A DNA stretch of 19,334 bases. Source: Bdellovibrionales bacterium. GTDB lineage: Bacteria > Bdellovibrionota > Bdellovibrionia > Bdellovibrionales > DASUEL01. The stretch is taken from NCBI GenBank assembly GCA_050250255.1, contig JBFWOZ010000049.1:1-19334 (forward strand). Reading direction: 5' to 3'. Each line of letters opens with the position of its first letter. The stretch's first letter is position 1. The position numbers and the translations under genes were made by a program. Positions 1-6,907 of this stretch are shown piece after piece. The notes beneath the pieces are model-generated. The model had not been told where the DNA came from and made no database searches. It saw only the letters and a program-made list of their open reading frames with translations.

Positions 1-1
1 C

Positions 2-2050
2 AACGTCGGTATCGGTACGACAAATCCGTCATATTCTTTAGATATTTCTGCGGCTACGGCTAAAGCCCGCGTTTCGTCCTCAACAGGTACAAACGCAGCC
101 TTCTTTGAGGCAAGCAACAGAGGCGGATGGTTTGACATAGGCCGAGAGCGAAGCACGGGTGGTGCTCTTCTGACTGGCGATACAGCGTATGCGGCAGTCT
201 TGGCAGCTCAAGGAACTTACCCTATGCAATTTGGCGTGAATGATTCAGTTGTAATGACCCTATTGAATGGCGGCAACGTCGGTATCGGTACGACAGTGCC
301 GGCCACAGTTTTAGATATTAATGGTGCTATGAGTGTTCGAGGTATGGCGGCGCCCACAGTTTCACCAGCGGGGCAAGGACGTATTTACTTCGATTCAACT
401 GCTAATAAATTCAAGATTTCTGAAAACGGCGGTGCTTACTCTGACATCGGCTCGGGTGGCGGTAGTCCTAGCAATACTGCATACTCGGCCCACATGGCTC
501 GCGTCTCGACGACACAAAGTATTCCTAGCGGCACGGTTACGACAATCGATTTTGATACTGAAACATATGATGTTGGCGGTTTTGCGAGTACCGCTACAGA
601 TCGCTTCACCATTGCCTATGCGGGCAAGTACCTTGTTCAAACAAGTTGGACGGCGTATCCAGTTGCCTCTACTCAGTGTGCCTGGCTCTATATTCATGTA
701 AATGGCACTCAACGCCGTACTATTTACGATTGTATGGCCAATAACGTGTATGGATCTCGACAAATTCAAAGCTCAGAAATTTTTGATCTCGCTGCAGGAG
801 ACTATATTGATATGAGAGTTTATCAAGATACAGGAGCAGCTTTAAATACTCAAACCGCTGCCAATGGTGGCCCACAAATGTCTGTCACTTTAATGTCCGC
901 AGGTGCTGGTGATAATAATAACCAATGGACGCTCGCTTCAGGAAAGCTTTATTATAATGGTGGTGATGTCGGGATTGGTACTACAGCACCGGCTTCAGCT
1001 CTAGACGTTGCTGGAAATATGTCCATGCGCGGTGGTGTGTTTAATTCCTTTGACCCTGTCACTCCAGCAAATTATTTAGCAAGACTAACTCATGGTGGAA
1101 CTGGAAATGGTTCCTTTCAACTTTACAATGCTGGCTCATTAAACGTAGTGCTTGCCTCTAGCGGAAATAGCTACTTAAATGGAGGTAATGTCGGTATCGG
1201 TACGACGGCCCCTGCCCAGGATTTACACATCAGCCAGGCTGCCGATTCCGTAATAAGACTTGAAAGAACAAGCTCAGGATCAGCGGCGGAGATCGCAACA
1301 GCTCATGACAGCGAGGGTTTTGTCATTCGAACACGAACCAATCACGGTATACGGTTTGCCACCAACACAACTAGTGGAGATTGGACCGACAGCACCAGAA
1401 TGTTCATCGCAGCTGGCGGAAATGTCGGCGTCGGCACAACTTCCCCTAACGCAAAAATGCATGTCAACTGTGATACGACAACAGTGAATTGCCTCTATCT
1501 CAACTCCACAGGCGGCGGTGGAACACTGGCACTTTTCCAAACAGCTGGTGTAACAGCCGGGTCCATCAGTATTGGTGGAGGTCCTAGTATTGCCTACAAC
1601 ACGACTTCAGATGCACGTCTTAAGGAAAATATTCGAGACTCATTAGCTGGTTTAACTGATCTGAAACGCATAGATGTTAGAGACTATAACTACATCGCGG
1701 ATTCTTCAAAAACGTCTCAGCAAGGATTTATTGCTCAACAACTGTATACTATTTATCCCGAAGCTGTGACTGTTGGTGGGAAAGATCCACATTCACAACC
1801 CTGGTCAGTCGACTACGGACGACTTACTCCGCTTATTGTGAAGTCAGTACAAGAACTCAATAACAAATGCGAAATGTCTCAAGAACAGTTAGCATCTATT
1901 CAACACATTGTAGCACGCCATGAACGAGACATTGCTTCTGTGAAGACCGAGAACGAGAAACTCAAAAGGGAGAACGTAGCCCAAGCGAAAGAACTGGAAG
2001 CGATTAAAGCTCGTCTTGAGAAAATCGAGAAAGCTCTCAACTCAAAATAA
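2..2050 (+). CDS. Mosaic trimeric tail-fibre-like adhesin with C1q-like domain and C-terminal S74 intramolecular chaperone (5'-truncated by the window)
   Basis: The frame is open from base 2 (NVGIGTTNPSYSLDI...), so TTG 200 is not the true start. Five (N/D)VG(I/V)GTT joints at ~2, 275, 965, 1187, 1421. C1q/TNF-like segment at ~476-895 (TIDFDTETYD...FTIAYAGKYLV...DLAAGDYIDMRVYQ). S74 motifs TSDARLKENI (Ser codon 1607), GFIAQQL and VDYGRLTPLIVKSVQEL, then a C-terminal coiled coil. Confidence 0.92.
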   Translation, partial: NVGIGTTNPSYSLDISAATAKARVSSSTGTNAAFFEASNRGGWFDIGRERSTGGALLTGDTAYAAVLAAQGTYPMQFGVNDSVVMTLLNGGNVGIGTTVPATVLDINGAMSVRGMAAPTVSPAGQGRIYFDSTANKFKISENGGAYSDIGSGGGSPSNTAYSAHMARVSTTQSIPSGTVTTIDFDTETYDVGGFASTATDRFTIAYAGKYLVQTSWTAYPVASTQCAWLYIHVNGTQRRTIYDCMANNVYGSRQIQSSEIFDLAAGDYIDMRVYQDTGAALNTQTAANGGPQMSVTLMSAGAGDNNNQWTLASGKLYYNGGDVGIGTTAPASALDVAGNMSMRGGVFNSFDPVTPANYLARLTHGGTGNGSFQLYNAGSLNVVLASSGNSYLNGGNVGIGTTAPAQDLHISQAADSVIRLERTSSGSAAEIATAHDSEGFVIRTRTNHGIRFATNTTSGDWTDSTRMFIAAGGNVGVGTTSPNAKMHVNCDTTTVNCLYLNSTGGGGTLALFQTAGVTAGSISIGGGPSIAYNTTSDARLKENIRDSLAGLTDLKRIDVRDYNYIADSSKTSQQGFIAQQLYTIYPEAVTVGGKDPHSQPWSVDYGRLTPLIVKSVQELNNKCEMSQEQLASIQHIVARHERDIASVKTENEKLKRENVAQAKELEAIKARLEKIEKALNSK

Positions 2051-2186
2051 AGAGGGCTTTCGTCGTCTCTTTTCCGCATGGCCTAGATTTTCATATCCCG
2101 TAATTTTTTGAGGTCAATTTTTTAACCAGAATTGGTTAATACTGTCTTTGGCTTATGGCGGGCAGACTCCTCCCAATCAACATCAT

Positions 2187-2215
2187 TTGACTATGATCCT
2201 AATTTAGCGGATAAT
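2187..2215 (+). promoter_or_regulatory. sigma70-type promoter of ATPase copy 1
   Basis: TTGACT (2187-2192), 17-nt spacer, GATAAT (2210-2215); ATG at 2224 implies a near-leaderless transcript. Confidence 0.5.
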
Positions 2216-2223
2216 ATAGGAGT

Positions 2224-2951
2224 ATGGTACGTAGAGCTGTCAATCTATCGAAATCACAGAGTTTTTTCCTATTCGGAGCCCGTGGTACAGGAAAGTCAAC
2301 CTTGATCAAAGCCACCGACTTTTTAGCAGATGCGCTTTATTTTGACTTACTAGATCTAGATTTAGAAGAGGAGCTGGCGCTACGACCATCCTCTTTTTCT
2401 GAAAAAATATCTGGGTTGAAAAAAGGCAGTTGGATTACAAAACAATTCAGAATTACTTTCAAATTCTTGAGGAAACATACATTGGCTTTTTTTTAGAGAG
2501 TTTTTCTAAGTCTGTTAGGAAGTCACAGCGCCAATCCCCGAAGTTCTATTTCTTTGACCCTGGCGTTGTGCGTGCGATCGAGGGGAAACTTACGGTTCCC
2601 CTTCAAAAACAAAGCTCAGATTTTGGCAATGCGTTTGAGTCTTGGTTTATCAATGAATGCCACCGTTTAAATTCATATCTAGAACTGGATTATAAGTTTT
2701 CTTATCTGCGCACCAAAGATGATGTTGAGATTGATCTGATCATTGAGCGACCCAATGGTTCAATGGCGTTAGTTGAAATCAAATCCACGGAAAGAATCGA
2801 TGACAGACATCTTCGCCACCTGCTTCATTTCGAGAAGGATTTTCCAAAAGCACAGCTGATATGTATCTCCCAGGAAAAACAAGCAAAAAAGGTGGGCCGA
2901 GTCTCCGTTCTTCCATGGCAAATGGCTTGGAAAGAACTTGGATTCCAATAA
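2224..2951 (+). pseudogene. AAA_14/DUF4143 (COG1373-type) ATPase with internal deletion and frameshift
   Basis: N-part (2224-~2436) has FFLFGARGTGKST (Walker A) and stops matching just before Walker B. C-part (~2430-2951, different frame) has KFYFFDPG, FESW and YLRTKDDVEIDLI..VEIKS. About 140 codons present in the paralogue at 3130 are missing. Confidence 0.88.
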
Positions 2952-2953
2952 GA

Positions 2954-3052
2954 AACGTCGGCATAGGTACGATATCACCGAGTGCAAAAATGCATGTTAA
3001 CTGTGACACATCAACTGTGAATTGCCTTTATCTCAACTCCACAGGTGGTGGT
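2954..3052 (+). repeat. Orphan diverged copy of fibre-gene segment 1421-1519
   Basis: Ungapped manual alignment gives 80/99 identical nt. Encodes NVGIGTISPSAKMHVNCDTSTVNCLYLNSTGGG versus NVGVGTTSPNAKMHVNCDTTTVNCLYLNSTGGG. Confidence 0.93.
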
Positions 3053-3098
3053 GAGACCCACTCGGCCGTTTTGTAAGTAATTACAAAATTTAGACTTG

Positions 3099-3131
3099 AT
3101 AAGTCCATTTTTTACTATAAAATGGACTTAT
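3099..3131. promoter_or_regulatory. Perfect 13-bp inverted repeat over the promoter and start codon of the ATPase (operator-like)
   Basis: ATAAGTCCATTTT-ttactat-AAAATGGACTTAT; overlaps TTGATA (3096-3101), TAAAAT (3118-3123) and ATG 3130. Confidence 0.7.
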
Positions 3132-4263
3132 GTATACTAGACTTTTAAAGCCAGCCTCTAATCAAAGCTTTTTTCTCTTCGGCCCGCGAGGCACGGGTAA
3201 GTCTAGTTGGGTTCAGACAACATATCCAAAAGCGACATACATTGACCTTCTAGAGGACGAAATTTATCGCCGCTTGTTGGCGCGCCCAGGAGCCCTCACA
3301 GAATTCCTGCCTATGTCCACTACAACAGTTATTTTAGATGAAGTGCAAAAAGTGCCTGCTCTATTAGATGAGGTTCATCGTCTGATTGAGCGAAGAAAGA
3401 TCCAATTTATTTTAACAGGTTCAAGCGCGCGAAAACTAAAAAAACAAGGCACCAACCTTCTAGCTGGGCGTGCATTAACATATTCAATGTTTCCTCTTAC
3501 AGCCAAAGAATTGGGGAGTGATTTTAATTTATCTAAGGCACTTCGCTTTGGATTGTTACCAATGGCTGTTACATCAACAAACCCTAAGAAATACCTTGAG
3601 TCCTATGTGAAAACATACTTAAAGGAGGAGGTTGAGCAAGAGGGCTTGACCCGTCAAATCGGCTCATTTGCAAGGTTTCTTGAAATCGCGAGTTTTTCAC
3701 AAGCGGCACCTCTATCGATATCTCAAATTGCTAGTGAATCACAAGTACATCGCAAAGTAGCTGAGGACTATTTCTCTATTCTCCGGGACCTTCTTCTGTC
3801 TTATGAACTGCCCGTGTTTACTCGTAGAGCCAAACGCGAACTGATGACGAAGCGTAAATTTTATTTTTTTGATGTTGGCTTGTATAGGACCCTTCGTCCT
3901 AAGGGACCTCTCGATATTGAGTCAGAATTGAATGGACCTGCATTTGAAACTCTCTGCTTGCAAGAACTCTTAGCTTTGAATCACGACTTGGAAGGGGGAT
4001 ACGACTTCTTCCATTGGCGTACCCGCAAACATCAAGAAGTTGATCTGATTCTCTACGGTGAAAATGGGTTTCATGCATTCGAGTTCAAATCTAGCTCCCG
4101 TCTCCGTGAAGCCGATTTCGCGACCTTGCGTCTTTTTCAGGAAGATTATCCGGAAGCCCAACTTCGCTTAGTTTATGGTGGTCGCGAAAGCCGATCACAT
4201 GCTGGAATTCAAATTATTTCAGCCGTTGATTTTTTCTCAAAAGCTGAAACCTTTCTGTTTTGA
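3130..4263 (+). CDS. AAA+ ATPase, AAA_14 + DUF4143 (COG1373-type), intact
   Basis: Walker A GPRGTGKS, Walker B VILDEVQK, LTGSSAR, LAGRA, KFYFFDVG, and C-terminal EVDLI...FEFKS PD-(D/E)xK-like motif; 377 aa. Confidence 0.93.
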   Translation: MYTRLLKPASNQSFFLFGPRGTGKSSWVQTTYPKATYIDLLEDEIYRRLLARPGALTEFLPMSTTTVILDEVQKVPALLDEVHRLIERRKIQFILTGSSARKLKKQGTNLLAGRALTYSMFPLTAKELGSDFNLSKALRFGLLPMAVTSTNPKKYLESYVKTYLKEEVEQEGLTRQIGSFARFLEIASFSQAAPLSISQIASESQVHRKVAEDYFSILRDLLLSYELPVFTRRAKRELMTKRKFYFFDVGLYRTLRPKGPLDIESELNGPAFETLCLQELLALNHDLEGGYDFFHWRTRKHQEVDLILYGENGFHAFEFKSSSRLREADFATLRLFQEDYPEAQLRLVYGGRESRSHAGIQIISAVDFFSKAETFLF

Positions 4264-4276
4264 GCGTCGATATCGT

Positions 4277-5155
4277 TTAGCGGTTGATGTGCTTGAGAAA
4301 GTTTTCTTCTTTGTCGCCACCGTTAGAGTGAACGGAGCCAATTTTTTCGGTACGTTTATTCAAATTAAAAAATCCGTACACTTTTGCGAGCGTTCCTTTT
4401 GGTAAGAAGGGTTGATCGCTTTCGATCGTAAGTTTCGTTATACCATCATCAAGTTTAATTCTCCCTTTCTCAGCTGTTCCAATTTCTTTGGCACCTTTAA
4501 AAGGAACATAACTGATGTAAACCGATCCCTGATGAGTTGTTACACCGTAGAACACGTTCTCACCTTCTGAATTATTAATTCGCGAGGCCCAGAGGTTGCC
4601 GCGATTATCATAAATTGTCATACGACCACTGTTGATCGGCAGGCGTCCTACGTCAGAAGGATCTGGTGAACTCCACATCATGACATGAAACTTTGCCACT
4701 ACCCTTCGAGAATCGGTTTGCTCAACGACCCAGCTGATGTCGTCAAAATTTTCGATGACAAATTCTTTTTCTTTAAGAAGTTTTCCAAAAGTCGGCTCTT
4801 CGCTCCCTACCCTACTCATGCTGCTGTACTGTTTGATTTTCGCCGTGAGAACTCCGTCTTTACTTAAATCCCACTCATGGGTCAGAGCCACATCGGCTAA
4901 GCCTTTTTGTTTATACGACCAATTGGCCACGATCGGTTTATAATCACCAAAATTCCAACTGCGTCCTTCGTGCGTTTTATATTTTAGTTTCTGACCTGTT
5001 TTATCAAAAACCAGAATTTCGCCCTGGATCTCAAGACTCCAACGCATTTTCTCTAAATTGATATTGGGTCTTGCCGTGTCCGAAGCACCAAAGTCGTTGC
5101 TTGCAGAATGCGCCTGCGTATTAAGTAAAAATAAAATCGCAAAAAGTGTTTTCAT
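4277..5155 (-). CDS. Exported hypothetical protein (~292 aa, beta-rich)
   Basis: Long ORF. ATG at 5155 is preceded by GGAG (5164-5161) and begins a Sec-type signal peptide MKTLFAILFLLNTQAHSA. Confidence 0.85.
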   Translation of the reverse strand: MKTLFAILFLLNTQAHSASNDFGASDTARPNINLEKMRWSLEIQGEILVFDKTGQKLKYKTHEGRSWNFGDYKPIVANWSYKQKGLADVALTHEWDLSKDGVLTAKIKQYSSMSRVGSEEPTFGKLLKEKEFVIENFDDISWVVEQTDSRRVVAKFHVMMWSSPDPSDVGRLPINSGRMTIYDNRGNLWASRINNSEGENVFYGVTTHQGSVYISYVPFKGAKEIGTAEKGRIKLDDGITKLTIESDQPFLPKGTLAKVYGFFNLNKRTEKIGSVHSNGGDKEENFLKHINR

Positions 5156-5197
5156 AAAGTCTCCAAAATAATTTTTAGTGTTGATGTCGTGCACGTT

Positions 5198-5371
5198 CTA
5201 ATTGTTATTGGTGTAAACGTGCTCGATGGTTGCATCTTCACTCAAATTTTGTGTCGTATTTTTTACGGCCGCCACATCCTGAACCCATTGCGGTTGCGTT
5301 TGGTAAAAGAGTCCTGCACCGAGAAGAAATCCCAAAGCAATCCCCGCCGCCCATGGCATCCAGATCTTGAA
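5198..5371 (-). pseudogene. C-terminal remnant of a probable single-TM anti-sigma-like protein
   Basis: Manual translation of the frame shifted from the sigma gene: FKIWMPWAAGIALGFLLGAGLFYQTQPQWVQDVAAVKNTTQNLSEDATIEHVYTNNN*. Clear TM helix directly behind an ECF sigma, with no N-terminal cytoplasmic domain. Confidence 0.55.
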
Positions 5372-5817
5372 ACATGGCTCTTCACTGTACCGACGGGCAT
5401 ATTCAGAAGTTCTGAAATTTCCTCAAGTCGTAACTCTTCATCTAAAACAAGTGACAGCACCTCTTGCTGGGCAACGCTTAAAGAAGCCATAGCCCGTCTT
5501 ACATGTTTTGATTTTTGTTCTTGCTCAAGATTTTCACTCAGCTGCTGAGAATCCACCAAAGTGTGGTTTTCAATATCTTCATGGGGTTGGAGTTCAAAAA
5601 GATGTTCAAAGACCACATATCTTGCAATACCAAATGCGTATTGATTAAAGTTGCCAAGCTTCGTATCGAACTGCCCGCTCTCAACTTTTTCGTAAAGTCG
5701 GATGAGAGTCTCTTGCGTGAGATCCGAAGCCAGCGCCTGAAAGCCTCGTCTCCCAAAATACTGATAGAGCCTTTCACCCAAAGTGTCGGCAATCTGATCC
5801 CAATTCACTGTGGTCAT
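5263..5817 (-). CDS. ECF (sigma70 group 4) sigma factor with aberrant C-terminus
   Basis: Region 2 ASDLTQETLIRLY...FNQYAFGIAR; region 4 LSVAQQEVLSL...LEEISELLNMPVGTVKSHVSR. Likely start ATG 5817 after GGGGATGAG. The final helix is replaced by a non-sigma tail. Confidence 0.85.
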   Translation of the reverse strand: MTTVNWDQIADTLGERLYQYFGRRGFQALASDLTQETLIRLYEKVESGQFDTKLGNFNQYAFGIARYVVFEHLFELQPHEDIENHTLVDSQQLSENLEQEQKSKHVRRAMASLSVAQQEVLSLVLDEELRLEEISELLNMPVGTVKSHVSRSGCHGRRGLLWDFFSVQDSFTKRNRNGFRMWRP

Positions 5818-5881
5818 CTCATCCCCATAAATGTACTTGCCAACTTGCCACCAAAAGGTTGCAGAAAAAAGAAACAAACCC

Positions 5882-5971
5882 ATTTGGGTACCAGGTTCTG
5901 TTTCCGGGTCACACCGCATCACAAACATAAAAGACGCATCGTGACCCGGAAACGGAACCTGGTACCCAAAT
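5882..5971. repeat. Long inverted repeat: 31-bp arms (1 mismatch), 28-nt spacer
   Basis: 5882-5912 ATTTGGGTACCAGGTTCTGTTTCCGGGTCAC matches the reverse complement of 5941-5971 at 30/31. Confidence 0.95.
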
Positions 5972-5987
5972 CGGCACGTAAGTTGTA
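5972..5987 (+). promoter_or_regulatory. sigma54-like -24/-12 promoter (variant -12 TTGTA)
   Basis: CGGCACG-TAAG-TTGTA versus consensus TGGCACG-N4-TTGCW; the GG lies 63 nt before ATG 6036. Confidence 0.55.
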
Positions 5988-6035
5988 TTCGGTAGCCTCT
6001 GTTACCAAAAGGGGTACAGAAAGAAAGGGTTCTCT

Positions 6036-6821
6036 ATGTTTAAAATTTTACTTTATTTAAGCGTTTTTGCTTTGAACTTTCTCATCGTTGATGTGGGCTT
6101 TGCACAAGCTCCACGCTGCAACGAGAGAATGCAAGAATACAACTACCAAGATCGCTGTGAGCAAGTCACACGCTCCGCATGCGAATACAACCGTCGCACA
6201 GGTTGTTATGTTCCTTTGAACAATCCTCCGGGTCGTTGCGAAAGACGTTACGATGAATTCAATAACGAGAGACAATGTCTGCAACGATTTCCTCGAGGTT
6301 GTGAATACCGAAATGGTTGCTGGGTTGAACGTTCTAATCCGCCCCCACGTCCTGTTTGTGAACCACGCCGGGGTGAATACAACAATCGAAATCAATGTGA
6401 ACGCTTGAATCCTCAGGGTTGCCGTCAAGTGGGACGATGCTGGATTCCACTCGAAGATCGTGATCCAGTTCCCACTCCATCAACCGTGATGAGAGCCGGC
6501 CAATCCTTGAAACCAAACCAATCCATTGCTTCTCCAAACAATCGTTACCGCTTGTTTTATCAAGGCGATAATAATTTGGTACTTTATGGTCCAAGAAACC
6601 AACCGCTTTGGGCAAGTAACACCGCTGGACGCGCCAATCCCTCTTCTCTCGAAATGCAGGGAGATGGAAATCTCGTAATCTACAACACCAGCGGATCACC
6701 GATTTGGGCTTCCAACACATCAGGAAATGCAGGCGCTTACCTAGGCCTTCACAACAATGGTTTAACAGCGATTTATTTGCGTAGTGGAAGAATCCTCAAA
6801 GTTTTATTTAGAGGCGAGTAG
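6036..6821 (+). CDS. Secreted protein: three 4-Cys repeats + bulb-type (B-type) mannose-binding lectin domain
   Basis: Signal peptide ending GFA-Q; three C-x12-C-x7-C-x5/7-C-[YW] units; QGDNNLVLY and QGDGNLVIY (QxDxNxVxY) sites and WASNT motifs. Confidence 0.92.
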   Translation: MFKILLYLSVFALNFLIVDVGFAQAPRCNERMQEYNYQDRCEQVTRSACEYNRRTGCYVPLNNPPGRCERRYDEFNNERQCLQRFPRGCEYRNGCWVERSNPPPRPVCEPRRGEYNNRNQCERLNPQGCRQVGRCWIPLEDRDPVPTPSTVMRAGQSLKPNQSIASPNNRYRLFYQGDNNLVLYGPRNQPLWASNTAGRANPSSLEMQGDGNLVIYNTSGSPIWASNTSGNAGAYLGLHNNGLTAIYLRSGRILKVLFRGE

Positions 6822-6843
6822 AGCCTTTTTGATCCCAAAATAA

Positions 6844-6859
6844 GGGCACAGAGTTTGTA
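6844..6859 (+). promoter_or_regulatory. sigma54-like -24/-12 promoter (variant -12 TTGTA)
   Basis: GGGCACA-GAGT-TTGTA; the GG (6845-46) lies 63 nt before ATG 6908, same geometry as the 5972 site. Confidence 0.55.
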
Positions 6860-6863
6860 CATA

Positions 6864-6905
6864 GGCACCTTCACCCCACCCTGTGGGGACAAAAAGGAAG
6901 GTGCC
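6864..6905 (+). other. Nested hairpin covering the ribosome-binding site of the 6908 gene
   Basis: GGCACCTTC (6864-72) pairs with GAAGGTGCC (6897-6905); inner CCCCAC (6874-79) pairs with GTGGGG (6883-88). Confidence 0.5.
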
Positions 6906-6907
6906 GA

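Noticed and set aside
200..202. TTG start of the fibre gene in the ORF track
   Set aside because: The frame is open and fibre-like from base 2; the true start is upstream of the window.
1..2050. Prophage tail gene
   Set aside because: No other phage genes nearby; S74-containing fibres also occur as cellular adhesins.
2048..2139. Weak hairpin after the fibre stop and TTAACCA/TGGTTAA dyad at 2122-2139
   Set aside because: The stems are short or imperfect and AT-rich; they could be a terminator or operator but are not distinguishable from chance.
2430..2436. Programmed frameshift joining the two ATPase-1 ORFs
   Set aside because: Even if joined, Walker B and ~140 central residues are absent, so a deletion explains it better.
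2954..3052. Diversity-generating retroelement template/variable repeat pair with 1421-1519
   Set aside because: The 19 mismatches are mostly third-position and not confined to adenines in either copy; no reverse transcriptase in the window.
2861..3076. 71-aa ORF containing fibre-like sequence
   Set aside because: Chimera of an off-frame ATPase tail and the orphan fibre fragment; no RBS or coherent protein.
5818..5928. N-terminal extension of the ECF sigma in the ORF track
   Set aside because: It runs through the long inverted repeat and has no sigma-like sequence; ATG 5817 has an RBS.
5189..6060. Plus-strand ORFs 5189-5548 and 5515-6060
   Set aside because: Antisense shadows of the sigma locus with no recognisable motifs.
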